From a virus (lineage: Duplodnaviria > Caudoviricetes): a stretch of DNA of 44,296 bases. The stretch is taken from IMG/VR virus record IMGVR_UViG_3300030376_006135, positions 1 to 44,296 of that record; one strand, written 5' to 3'. Made by a program: the position numbers and the translations under genes. The notes below the pieces were generated by a model that worked only from the letters and a program-made list of their open reading frames with translations, was not told the DNA's origin and ran no database searches. Positions 33,730 through 43,762 of the stretch are shown here, in pieces; within the stretch, counting starts at the first letter, position 1, and every line of letters begins with the position of its first letter.

Positions 33730-36105
33730 ATGGCAACAACAATTAAAATTAAAAGAGGTACCGGTACTTCCGCTCCAGGCAGTCTTAGTGCAGGTGAATT
33801 AGCCTATACTGGGGGTGCTGGAACCAGTGGAAATAGCGGCTCTAGATTATTTATAGGTAATCCTGCCGATTCAAGTGTACTAGTAATTGGAGGTAAGTAT
33901 TTTGCCGACATGCTAGACCATACACCTGGTACTTTAACAGCAAGTTCAGCAGTAATTGTAGACAGTAATAGTAAAATAGATAAATTACTTGTTGACAATA
34001 TAAGAATTGGTAATACAGACAATCAGATAGATACTAGCTCTGGTGCATTGACTCTTGCCCCTACTGGTAATTTAATAATTACTCACGGTGGTACAATTGA
34101 TCTAAGCGCACAAGCTAACTCAGTAACTTTACTTGATAATTCTGCAACAGCACTTGATATTAAAGAAGGCTCAACTTCATACTTAAAATTAGTAACTACT
34201 AACTCGGGGGAGAAAGTAGTTATCGGTCAAGATGCTACTTTTGCAGATGATGTATCTTTAATTTCAGATGCAGCAGTCCTTAACTTTGGAGCAGATAATG
34301 ATGTAAATCTAACTCATGTTGCCGATACTGGTTTACTTCTTAACTCTTCAAGTGTTATACAATTCCGTGACTCCGCACTTAATATTGGTTCAAGTGCAGA
34401 CGGACAACTAGATATTGCTGCAGATACTTTACTAGAAATTACTGCTCCAACAGTACAATTAGATACTGATGGTCAAGTGCTATCATTTGGTGCTGATGGC
34501 GATGTAACCTTAACACACGTTGCTGATACTGCCTTGATGCTCAATACTACAATGGCATTGCGTTTCAGAGATTCTGCATTAAGTATAAATTCAAGTGCAA
34601 ATGGTCAATTAGATATTGATGCTGACGGCGAACTAGAGATAACAGCGCCGATTGTAGATATAAATGCCTCTACTTCAGTAAACATCAGTAATGATTTAAA
34701 ACTTGATAGCGACTCAGCAGTTCTTGGATTTGGTAATGATAATGATGTTACACTAACACACGTTGCTGATACAGCTCTTTTATTAAATGATGCGATAGCA
34801 TTACAATTTAGAGATTCAGCACTTGCAATTAATTCTTCAGCAGACGGACAACTAGATATTATTGCTGATACTCAATTAGAGATTACAACACCAACAGTTG
34901 AACTTAACACAGACGGTCAAATACTTGCTTTTGGAGCAGACGGAGATGTAACACTTACTCACGTAGCTGATACAGCACTTAGACTAAATAGTTCAAGTGC
35001 CTTACAATTCAGAGATTCAGCACTTAGTGTTTCTTCACCAAGTGATGGCGTATTAGCAATCGCTGCTGATACTGAAGTTGATATTACTACTACAACTCTT
35101 GATGTAAATGGTAATGCTGATATTAGTGGATCACTTAATGTTGGTTCAACCACAATGTCAACTGCAAAAGTATCTGATCTAACAAACAATAGAGTAGTAA
35201 TCGCAGGAACTTCTGGAGAACTAGAAGATGATGCCAACTTTACTTTTGACGGTACAAATCTTGCAGTTACAGGCGGTGTAGATGTTACTGGCGATCTTGA
35301 TGTTGATAATATAAATGTTAATGGAAATACAGTTTCTTCTACAGATACAAATGGCGATATTACACTTTCTCCAAATGGAACTGGAACAGTTAAAGTTCCT
35401 TCTGGGTATGATGATAGAAGTGGACAAAATGCTCTCACTCTTGTAACAAAAGGGTATGTAGATTCAGTCAAACAAGCACTAGATATTAAAGATTCAGTGC
35501 ATGTTGCTTCAACAGCAAACGTTTCTTTAACAGCAGGTTCTTCAGGACTAGAGGCTGGCGACACAATTGATGGCGTTACTCTTGTAGCTGGAGATAGAGT
35601 ACTTCTCAAAAATCAGACAACAGGATCAGAAAATGGTATATATGTAGCAGTTGCTTCAGGTGGAACACCTGCAAGGTCTGATGATGCAAATGCAAGTGTA
35701 GATGTTACTTCAGGAATGTTTGTATTTGTTGAAGAAGGAACAACAAACGGTGACCAAGGATTTGTACTTACAACAAACGATGTAATTACTCTTGGTACTA
35801 CTGCTCTAACCTTTACACAATTCTCAGGTGCTGGTCAAATAACAGCAGGGAATGGTTTAACAAAATCTGGAAATACAATTAATGTAGTTCCTGATGATGT
35901 AACATTATCTGTATCAGCAGATGAAATTAAATTAAAAGGTGATGTTACAACAACAGCACTTGGCGACTTACTTGTAGGTAAAGCCTCAGATGGCGGTTAC
36001 AAGCGTTTAGCAGTCTCATCAGGTGGTGCAAATCAATTATTACAAATTAACTCGTCTGGCACAGACTTAGAATTTACAAATACACTAGACGGCGGTACAT
36101 TTTAA
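33730..36105 (+). CDS. Tail fibre protein with Mtd-like N-terminus and internal repeats
   Basis: MATTIKIKRGT...LSAGELAY; GDRVLLKNQT and ENGIY module; ends LDGGTF. Confidence 0.8.
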   Translation: MATTIKIKRGTGTSAPGSLSAGELAYTGGAGTSGNSGSRLFIGNPADSSVLVIGGKYFADMLDHTPGTLTASSAVIVDSNSKIDKLLVDNIRIGNTDNQIDTSSGALTLAPTGNLIITHGGTIDLSAQANSVTLLDNSATALDIKEGSTSYLKLVTTNSGEKVVIGQDATFADDVSLISDAAVLNFGADNDVNLTHVADTGLLLNSSSVIQFRDSALNIGSSADGQLDIAADTLLEITAPTVQLDTDGQVLSFGADGDVTLTHVADTALMLNTTMALRFRDSALSINSSANGQLDIDADGELEITAPIVDINASTSVNISNDLKLDSDSAVLGFGNDNDVTLTHVADTALLLNDAIALQFRDSALAINSSADGQLDIIADTQLEITTPTVELNTDGQILAFGADGDVTLTHVADTALRLNSSSALQFRDSALSVSSPSDGVLAIAADTEVDITTTTLDVNGNADISGSLNVGSTTMSTAKVSDLTNNRVVIAGTSGELEDDANFTFDGTNLAVTGGVDVTGDLDVDNINVNGNTVSSTDTNGDITLSPNGTGTVKVPSGYDDRSGQNALTLVTKGYVDSVKQALDIKDSVHVASTANVSLTAGSSGLEAGDTIDGVTLVAGDRVLLKNQTTGSENGIYVAVASGGTPARSDDANASVDVTSGMFVFVEEGTTNGDQGFVLTTNDVITLGTTALTFTQFSGAGQITAGNGLTKSGNTINVVPDDVTLSVSADEIKLKGDVTTTALGDLLVGKASDGGYKRLAVSSGGANQLLQINSSGTDLEFTNTLDGGTF
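34267..35100 (+). repeat. Four repeats arranged (AB)2, 444-nt period
   Basis: FGxDxDVxLTHVADT...FRDSAL occurs four times; units start near 34267, 34468, 34711 and 34912. Confidence 0.85.
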
Positions 36106-36142
36106 TTAACTCTATATAGAGTGAAGAACGGAATCCATACAT

Positions 36143-39100
36143 ATGGCACAAACAATTAAGTTAAAGCGGTCAAATACCGCTGGAAACTTACCGACTACCT
36201 CAGACTTAGCTCTGGGTGAAGTTGCGATTAATACAAAAGACGGTAAGCTTTTCCTAAGAAAACATGTAGACGGAAATAATAGTGGAGACGCTATAACTAC
36301 CTATGCGCCACAAGGAATAAATGCATATGGTACACAAACATTTGAAGTCAAAGTTATAACTAAAACTGCTGCTCACCCACAACATGGTAGTGGTAGTTCT
36401 AATGGTTATTCTATTGATGGTCTTGAGTCTCCTTTTCTACTTCTTATTCCAGGAAATACTTATAAGTTTGATCAAGCAGACTCCTCAAATTCAGGACATC
36501 CACTTCGTTTCTATTTAGAGGAAGACAAAACAACTTCATACACAACAGGAGTTACAACCAATGGAACAGCAGGTTCTTCTGGTGCGTACACTCAGATTGC
36601 TGTTACTACAAGTACTCCCCAAGTTTTATACTATCAATGTTCAAATCATGCTCTTATGGGATCAGGTGCATATGCTACTTCCGATGCAATAGCAGCAGGA
36701 AAAGTTGGCACTACTCAGTTAGCCGCAGATGCAGTCACTAATGCAAAAATTGCAGATGACTCTATAGATTCAGAACATTATGTAGATGGCAGTATTGATA
36801 CAGCACACCTTGCAGATGACGCTGTAACAAGTGCAAAGATAGCAGCAAATACTATTGCAACAGGAAATGTTGCAGATAATGCAATTGACGGAACAAAGAT
36901 AGCGTCAAATAGTATTCTTACTAGACATATAGATGATAATCAAATTGGTATAGACCAACTAAATGTATCTGATGGTAGTAGTGGTCAAGCTCTTACAACA
37001 GACGGTAGTGGAACACTTAGTTTTTCAACTGTAGCTTCTAGCTTAGCAGGTGCATCTGATACAGATATTGATGCAAATGGACTAGCTTCAGGACAGATAC
37101 TTGTTTATGATGGATCAAATAGTTTTGACAATGTATCAGTTAGTGGCGATGCAACTTTAGCAGCAAATGGTGCTTTAACAATCGCAACAAATGCAATTGA
37201 AAGTACAATGATTGCACAAAACTCTATTCTAACAAAGCATATAGACGATAATCAAATAGGAATAGATCAACTTAATGTTACAGATGGAAGTAGTGGACAA
37301 GTATTAACAACAGATGGTGCAGGCTCACTTTCTTTTAGTACAGTAAGTGGTGGCGGAGGTTCACAAAATGTATTTTCTACTATTGCAGTATCAGGACAAA
37401 GTAATGTAGTTGCGGATAGTACAACAGATACTTTAACACTTGCAGCTGGAACAGGAATTACACTTACTACTAATGCTAGTACTGATACTATTACAATTAC
37501 AGGAACAACAGGACTATCTGCAAATTCAGTTACAGCAACACACATAGCAACTGGAGCAGTTGGAGCAAGTGAACTTGCAGCTACAGCAGTAACAGCGGGT
37601 TCTTATACAAATGCAGACATAACAGTAGATGCGGACGGTCGTATAACATCAGCTTCAAATGGTACAGTTACTGTATCTGATGGAGCAATAACAACAGCAA
37701 AATTAGCAGATGATGCAGTTACAGCAGCAAAATTAGCAGATACAGCAGTAACAGCTGGAACATATGGTTCAAGCACTGCTTCTCCACAGATTACAGTAGA
37801 TGCACAAGGAAGAATAACAAGTGTATCAAACCAAACAATTTCAGGCGGTGGAGGATCAGGTGGAATCGGATTAAATATTAGCGTAGATGTACACGAAGCT
37901 ACAGGAGATGGTTCAACAACTGCTTTTGATACTGGAACAACAATTTCCAGCGAAGATTTTACGACAGTATTTGTAGATGGTGTATATCAAGAAAAAGGAA
38001 CATATTCAACATCAGGATCAACTGTAACATTTAGTTCTGCACCTCCAAGTGGTGTAAGTGTAGAAATAAATAATCTAGCAAACATAACTACAGGTGGAGC
38101 ATTATCACATAGCTCATTTAATGGAGATGGAAGTACAACAGCATTTACTCTACCAAAAGCCCCAGACTCAGAAACAGATTTAATAGTATTTGTAGATGGT
38201 GTATATCAAAATAATGATTCTTTTAATGTAAGTAGTACTACTCTTACTTTTGATACTGCACCAGCAAACGGAACAAAAGTTATTGCATATACAATTGGTG
38301 GAGTCGTAACAGGAAAAACACATTTAGTTGATACTTTTAATGGAGACGGAAGTACAACAGGATTTACACTAAGTTTAGACCCTGTTAGTGAAAATAATAC
38401 ACAAGTATATGTTGGTGGTGTTTATCAACCAAAAGGAACATACAGTGTAAGTGGTACAACACTTACTTTCTCAGAAGCACCTCCAAGTGCAACTGGAAAT
38501 ATAGAAGTTAATATAGGACAAGTTACAACTACAACAGATGTAGGTGCAAACGCAGTAAACTCAGCCGCTATAGCAGCAAATGCAGTTGGCTCTGCAGAGA
38601 TCGCTGCAAACTCAGTAGATTCAAGTGAAATAGCAACTGGTTCTATTGATACAATACATATTGGTGACGACCAAGTAACAAATGCAAAACTTGCCGTAAA
38701 CTCAGTATCTGCAGTAGAGCTTGCAGGTAACTCAGTAACAAGCACACAGATAGCAGCAAACCAAGTTGCAGCAAGTGAAATTGCTACAGGTTCTGTCGGA
38801 ACAATACATATAGCAAATAATGCGGTACTAACACAACATATAGATGACAATCAAATAACAGCAGATCAACTAGCAGATGATGCCGTAGGAGCAGACCAAC
38901 TAGCTGCAAACTCAGTAGTTTCTGCAAGTATTGTAAATGGAAGTATTGTATCGGCAGATATAGCTGCAAATACTATTGCTACTAGCAACATAGCAGATAA
39001 CGCCATAGACGGCACTAAAATTGCTTCAAATAGTATTCTTACTAGACATATTGACGATAATCAAATTACAGGTGATCAATTAGCAGACGATTTAGTACTT

Positions 39101-40948
39101 AGTGGTACTGGGGCAATCAGACTACCAGATGGAACAACTGGTCAAAGACCTGGTTCTCCCGCTGCAGGTATGTTCCGATATAATACTACTGACGGTAAAT
39201 TTGAAGGATATACAACTGAGTGGGGAGAAATTGGTGGCGGTAGCGGTGCTTCCGCAATGGAAACAAATAATTTTACAGGCGATGGCTCAACAACAGCATT
39301 TACAGTCTCCTCTTCTGTATCAGATGAAGATAACTTAATAGTCTTTATTGAAGGTGTATATCAAAATAAAGCAGATTATGTAGCAAGTGGCACAACAATA
39401 ACATTTGATGTTGCACCCGCAAACGGTAGAAAAATTGTAGTACAGCATATAAGAGCAAGCATAGCAGGAAGTAATTGTATTGCAAATAGTTTTACTGGAG
39501 ATGGTAGTACAACAGCATTTACACTTACACAAAATCCTGCATCTGAGAACAATACACAAGTATTTTTAGACGGTGTTTATCAGTTAAAGAACTCCTACGC
39601 AGTAAGCGGAACAACACTTACTTTTGATGCTGCACCACCTAACAGTACAGCAATTGAAGTAATGATGTTTACTTCAACAGATTTAAATACTTTACCTGCA
39701 TCATTTGTTTCAGGACTGACAGAAGTTACAGCAACAGGCTCAGATCATTTAATGATTTTTGATGCAACTGATAGTTCATTAAAGAAAGCTTTGGCTTCAG
39801 ACTTAGTTGAAACTGTAGGCTCAACACCTACATTTACTACTGCTACTGTTACAGGCGATTTAACAGTTGATACCTCAACACTAAAAGTAGATTCAACAAA
39901 TAATAGAGTTGGTATAGGAACTACAAGTCCCTCATACAAACTTGATGTAAGTGGCACTGTTAGAGTAAACACTAATGACTCAATAAGACTCTCAAGCATG
40001 AACGCACTTGGTCAGTCAGTTTCAGGTGCAATGTTCATTTTAGGTCATAATGCTCATGTTGATGGTTCAGCATCTAATGTAGTAAAAGCAATCAACAGTA
40101 GTTGGTATCCGTCTTTTATAAAGATGTACTACAATCATGGCATAACCTTCCACACAAACACCACAACACAAGCAACAGCAGGTGATACTTTATTAAGTGG
40201 TCTTGGTGCAAACAACCTAGAGAAATTAAGAATTGACAACTATGCCCTTCATAGTGGTGGAATGTTAAGAATGAGTGGTTGGTATAACGATAATCAAGGT
40301 TATAACATTGGTCAAGCAATGGAGATTGGTAAAACAGGCTCATACTCTTACTGTTTATCTTTTGACAGAACAGCAAGTCAATACAAAGGATTTATACTTA
40401 GTGGAGACACAATCAGAATACAAACAGCAGGAAACCAAAGGCTAATTTTTGATGATACTGCAACTTATCCATATTCAGATAACGTATATGATCTTGGAAC
40501 AGGTGCATTTAGATTTGATGACATATATGCTACAAATACATCAATCCAAACATCAGATAGAAACGAAAAAAATACTATTACTGATACAGACTTAGGTTTA
40601 GATTTTATTAGCAGATTATCTCCTAAATCATATAAATTTAATACAGGAACAAGAACACACTATGGTCTTATTGCTCAAGATGTGGAAGAGGTACTTGAAG
40701 ATATTAGCAAACCAACAGCAGATTTTGCAGGATTCATTAAAAATCAAAAATACAGAACGGTAGGTGAAGAAGTAACAAACGATGATGGAACAATTGTAAG
40801 TGAACCAACTCAAGAAGCAGTAGAGGGCGAACACACTTATGGTCTAAGATATTCAGAATTTATCTCACCAATGATAAAAGCAATACAAGAACTTAAAGCT
40901 GATAATGATGCTTTAAAAGCAAGAATAGAAACATTGGAGAACGCATAA
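36143..40948 (+). CDS. Large modular tail fibre with C-terminal intramolecular chaperone (peptidase S74)
   Basis: MAQTIKLKRS...LALGEVAINT; decapeptide repeats; 73-aa repeats; TSDRNEKN, HYGLIAQDVE, LRYSEFISPMIKAIQEL. Confidence 0.88.
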   Translation: MAQTIKLKRSNTAGNLPTTSDLALGEVAINTKDGKLFLRKHVDGNNSGDAITTYAPQGINAYGTQTFEVKVITKTAAHPQHGSGSSNGYSIDGLESPFLLLIPGNTYKFDQADSSNSGHPLRFYLEEDKTTSYTTGVTTNGTAGSSGAYTQIAVTTSTPQVLYYQCSNHALMGSGAYATSDAIAAGKVGTTQLAADAVTNAKIADDSIDSEHYVDGSIDTAHLADDAVTSAKIAANTIATGNVADNAIDGTKIASNSILTRHIDDNQIGIDQLNVSDGSSGQALTTDGSGTLSFSTVASSLAGASDTDIDANGLASGQILVYDGSNSFDNVSVSGDATLAANGALTIATNAIESTMIAQNSILTKHIDDNQIGIDQLNVTDGSSGQVLTTDGAGSLSFSTVSGGGGSQNVFSTIAVSGQSNVVADSTTDTLTLAAGTGITLTTNASTDTITITGTTGLSANSVTATHIATGAVGASELAATAVTAGSYTNADITVDADGRITSASNGTVTVSDGAITTAKLADDAVTAAKLADTAVTAGTYGSSTASPQITVDAQGRITSVSNQTISGGGGSGGIGLNISVDVHEATGDGSTTAFDTGTTISSEDFTTVFVDGVYQEKGTYSTSGSTVTFSSAPPSGVSVEINNLANITTGGALSHSSFNGDGSTTAFTLPKAPDSETDLIVFVDGVYQNNDSFNVSSTTLTFDTAPANGTKVIAYTIGGVVTGKTHLVDTFNGDGSTTGFTLSLDPVSENNTQVYVGGVYQPKGTYSVSGTTLTFSEAPPSATGNIEVNIGQVTTTTDVGANAVNSAAIAANAVGSAEIAANSVDSSEIATGSIDTIHIGDDQVTNAKLAVNSVSAVELAGNSVTSTQIAANQVAASEIATGSVGTIHIANNAVLTQHIDDNQITADQLADDAVGADQLAANSVVSASIVNGSIVSADIAANTIATSNIADNAIDGTKIASNSILTRHIDDNQITGDQLADDLVLSGTGAIRLPDGTTGQRPGSPAAGMFRYNTTDGKFEGYTTEWGEIGGGSGASAMETNNFTGDGSTTAFTVSSSVSDEDNLIVFIEGVYQNKADYVASGTTITFDVAPANGRKIVVQHIRASIAGSNCIANSFTGDGSTTAFTLTQNPASENNTQVFLDGVYQLKNSYAVSGTTLTFDAAPPNSTAIEVMMFTSTDLNTLPASFVSGLTEVTATGSDHLMIFDATDSSLKKALASDLVETVGSTPTFTTATVTGDLTVDTSTLKVDSTNNRVGIGTTSPSYKLDVSGTVRVNTNDSIRLSSMNALGQSVSGAMFILGHNAHVDGSASNVVKAINSSWYPSFIKMYYNHGITFHTNTTTQATAGDTLLSGLGANNLEKLRIDNYALHSGGMLRMSGWYNDNQGYNIGQAMEIGKTGSYSYCLSFDRTASQYKGFILSGDTIRIQTAGNQRLIFDDTATYPYSDNVYDLGTGAFRFDDIYATNTSIQTSDRNEKNTITDTDLGLDFISRLSPKSYKFNTGTRTHYGLIAQDVEEVLEDISKPTADFAGFIKNQKYRTVGEEVTNDDGTIVSEPTQEAVEGEHTYGLRYSEFISPMIKAIQELKADNDALKARIETLENA
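37904..39670 (+). repeat. Five 73-aa GDGSTTxF repeats (3+2) flanking about 18 decapeptide repeats
   Basis: GDG codons start at 37904, 38123, 38342, 39278 and 39497, with 219-nt spacing within each block. Confidence 0.85.
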
Positions 40949-40949
40949 G

Positions 40950-41978
40950 ATGGCAAACACTAAAATACCAAGCGAGTTATCAAGCACCCCTAGTATTTCA
41001 GATGGTGGTAATGCCACAGCGATTACTATTGACTCATCAGAGTTGATAGGTGTCAATACCTCAAGTCCACAAAAAAGGCTACATATTCTTGGACAGGATG
41101 GCTCTACAGGTTTAACTGAAGGCAATTCAAGGACACAGCTATTTTTAGAAAACAATCAAGGTTGTTATATAAACATAGCTTCAGCAAACAATAATAAAGG
41201 TGGTATATTCTTCTCAGATGCAGATGCTAATAATCAAGGTGCAGTCCGATATAACCATCTTGATGATACCTTAACTTTTGATACTGCAAATTCAGAACGC
41301 ATAAGGATTAATAGTTCAGGACACGTAGGTATTGGAACTACTTCGCCAACAACTGCTAAGGTAGTTATTGCACACGATAATTCTACTATTGCATTACACA
41401 CAACAGGTGCATATAACTACCAAGCTAAGTTTGAATCTACTGATGCAGAAGCAGGAATAGTTTTAGCAGATGTTAACAGTACAGGTAATTATAATAGAAT
41501 TGGTGTAGTAACAAATGATATGACGTTCATTACTAATAATTCAGAACGCATGAGGATTGATTCTAGTGGAAATATAACTAAACCAGGCCATCCTGTATTT
41601 GATGTTTCAACTACAGCTACAGGCTTATCAGGCGTCATTACATACAATACTGTTTATACAAATGTAGGCAGCCATTACAGCACATCAAATGGTAGATTTA
41701 CTGCACCTATTGCAGGAACTTATATGTTTACAACTCAGTATATAAAAAATGGAACTTCTGGTGTTTGTAGAAGAAATTTCAAATTAAATGGCGGTAGTAC
41801 TGGAATGATGGGTGGACGACAACTTAGAATGGACTCAGGTGGTAACTATGGCGATAATGGGACGATGATTATTATTGTAACGCTTGCAGCTAATGATTAT
41901 GTACAGGTTAACCAATATGCAGGTCAGTCTCATGGTGGCACAGCATACGAGCAATTTTCAGGATTTTTAATAGGATAG
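40950..41978 (+). CDS. Fibre/receptor-binding protein with C-terminal C1q-like domain
   Basis: ERxRIxSSG and VGIGTTSP repeats; NVGSHYSTSNGRFTAPIAGTYMF and FSGFLIG. Confidence 0.8.
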   Translation: MANTKIPSELSSTPSISDGGNATAITIDSSELIGVNTSSPQKRLHILGQDGSTGLTEGNSRTQLFLENNQGCYINIASANNNKGGIFFSDADANNQGAVRYNHLDDTLTFDTANSERIRINSSGHVGIGTTSPTTAKVVIAHDNSTIALHTTGAYNYQAKFESTDAEAGIVLADVNSTGNYNRIGVVTNDMTFITNNSERMRIDSSGNITKPGHPVFDVSTTATGLSGVITYNTVYTNVGSHYSTSNGRFTAPIAGTYMFTTQYIKNGTSGVCRRNFKLNGGSTGMMGGRQLRMDSGGNYGDNGTMIIIVTLAANDYVQVNQYAGQSHGGTAYEQFSGFLIG

Positions 41979-41987
41979 GAGAAAAAT

Positions 41988-42245
41988 ATGGATTATACAA
42001 TAACAGTAACAGATACAGAAAAGAAAGCATTAGAATATATTGCTAATGATGTAGATGAATGGATTACTAATGCCGCTCAGAATAGAGCAAGAATAGCTAA
42101 AGAAGAAATTATTACTTTGCTTGTAGCACATTGTAATGCAAATGATATTGCATTGGAAGTAGGAGAAGATGCACAAGTAACTCAAGCATATTCACTCGGA
42201 GTAGTGAAAAAACTTAGTGAAGTAAAGGAAGAATCAGGGGTCTAA
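41988..42245 (+). CDS. Small acidic companion protein of the upstream fibre
   Basis: AGGAG RBS; position; WITNAAQNRAR. Confidence 0.65.
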   Translation: MDYTITVTDTEKKALEYIANDVDEWITNAAQNRARIAKEEIITLLVAHCNANDIALEVGEDAQVTQAYSLGVVKKLSEVKEESGV

Positions 42246-43427
42246 ATGGCAAACACTAAGATTACATCAAGAGTTTTAGCAGATGATGCAGTAAATATAA
42301 GTAATATAAATACAATTGATGCTACTGGCGGTGGAAGTAGCCCTAGTGCTGACGGACAAGCATTAGTTGCTAAAAATACTGTAGGAACACCTGATTATTA
42401 CCTAGATTGGGCTACTGTTTCAGGTAGTGTAGCAGGTATTTCAACAAGTGCTAATGCGACTGCAATAACCATTGATAGCTCAGAACGTGTAGCAATTGGT
42501 AGTAGTACAGCAAACAAAATATTCAATATTGCAGACCCAAATCAAGGTGGTGAAACTTTAAAACTACACTTTGAAGCGGAAAGCAGTTCTGATAAATTCG
42601 CTATATATTCATATGACAGAACTAATAGTCATTATGCAAATATGTCATTAGGTCAAAATGCAATTTGGATTAATGGTGCTGATGCTAATATTGGCATTGG
42701 AACTACAAGTCCTAGCAAACAGCTTGAAATCAGAAACAATACTGCTACAACAGGTCAAGGTGGAGCAGAACTAAGACTAACTAGAGGTGATTCTAGTGGT
42801 GCTTCAGGTGATCCGATAGGCACTATTGAATTCTATAATACAGATTTAGATGGCGCACACGTTAGCTCTTTTGTAAAAGGCATTGCGCAAGAACAATATT
42901 CAAGACAAGGTGCTTTAACTTTTGGTACTGCTGGTACAAACTCCACAGATGCTACTGAAAAAATTAGAATTTTACCTTCAGGTGGTCTTACCTTCAACGG
43001 AGATACAGCAACAGCCAACGCACTTGACGATTACGAAGAAGGTACTTGGACACCTATCTATTCATCTAATATTAGTATGGGGACTGTATCAGGAATTACA
43101 GGTGCTTCAGGAGATTATGTAAAAATAGGTCAAATGGTGCATTTGCGTGGACAATTTACTTTGAATGGTAGTTCAGGGACAAGAATAGATCCCGGTGATT
43201 GTGTAAGAATTACAGGGCTGCCCTATAAAATTAATGATAGAAAAGCAAGTGGTACAGTTTACACAACTAGGGCTTTTACAAATACGGGTGGCTTTACAGG
43301 AGCAGCTTATTGGTATGCTTCAAGTTATGCTGTAATCCAATTTTTAGGTCAAGGAAGCACAGTTTGGTCAGGCGATCAGAATCAAACTGTATATTTCAGC
43401 ATGAATTTTAGAGATATTAATAATTAA
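42246..43427 (+). CDS. Fibre/receptor-binding protein
   Basis: IGIGTTSP, ANALDDYEEGTWTP, YVKIGQMV, ITGLP. Confidence 0.8.
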   Translation: MANTKITSRVLADDAVNISNINTIDATGGGSSPSADGQALVAKNTVGTPDYYLDWATVSGSVAGISTSANATAITIDSSERVAIGSSTANKIFNIADPNQGGETLKLHFEAESSSDKFAIYSYDRTNSHYANMSLGQNAIWINGADANIGIGTTSPSKQLEIRNNTATTGQGGAELRLTRGDSSGASGDPIGTIEFYNTDLDGAHVSSFVKGIAQEQYSRQGALTFGTAGTNSTDATEKIRILPSGGLTFNGDTATANALDDYEEGTWTPIYSSNISMGTVSGITGASGDYVKIGQMVHLRGQFTLNGSSGTRIDPGDCVRITGLPYKINDRKASGTVYTTRAFTNTGGFTGAAYWYASSYAVIQFLGQGSTVWSGDQNQTVYFSMNFRDINN

Positions 43428-43438
43428 GGAGAAAAGAA

Positions 43439-43744
43439 ATGACATTAACAAAAGAAGTCGTTGAAGATAAAATTGAAATAGTAGGAGATCACAAAGCAAT
43501 TCAAGTAAGAACTGCCACAGTCATTAAAGAAGATGGAGTTGAGTTAAACAGAACTTTCCATAGGCATGCACTTAATTGTTGTGAAAGGCATCCTGATACA
43601 GGGGTTTGGTCAGATACCGATGTTTCAGGTGAATCTGAAGAGGTGCAAGGCATAGCTTCAACAGTTTGGACAGATGCAGTCAAAACAGCTTTTAAAGAGC
43701 ATATTGATGCAACTTATCCTCATGTTGAATCTGAAGAAGAATAG
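43439..43744 (+). CDS. Small companion protein of the upstream fibre
   Basis: AAGGAG RBS; DKIEIV, IQVRTAT, FHRH, VWTD. Confidence 0.7.
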   Translation: MTLTKEVVEDKIEIVGDHKAIQVRTATVIKEDGVELNRTFHRHALNCCERHPDTGVWSDTDVSGESEEVQGIASTVWTDAVKTAFKEHIDATYPHVESEEE

Positions 43745-43762
43745 AGGAGTTAGAAGGATAAT

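Noticed and set aside
34267-39670. Repeats as a CRISPR array
   Set aside because: They are degenerate, in-frame protein-coding repeats with no constant repeat-spacer structure.
634-43683. All minus-strand ORFs in the track, e.g. 2083..2592, 17775..18245, 34959..35609
   Set aside because: They are antisense shadows of well-supported + strand genes, with no RBS or motifs; all promoters and terminators found point +.
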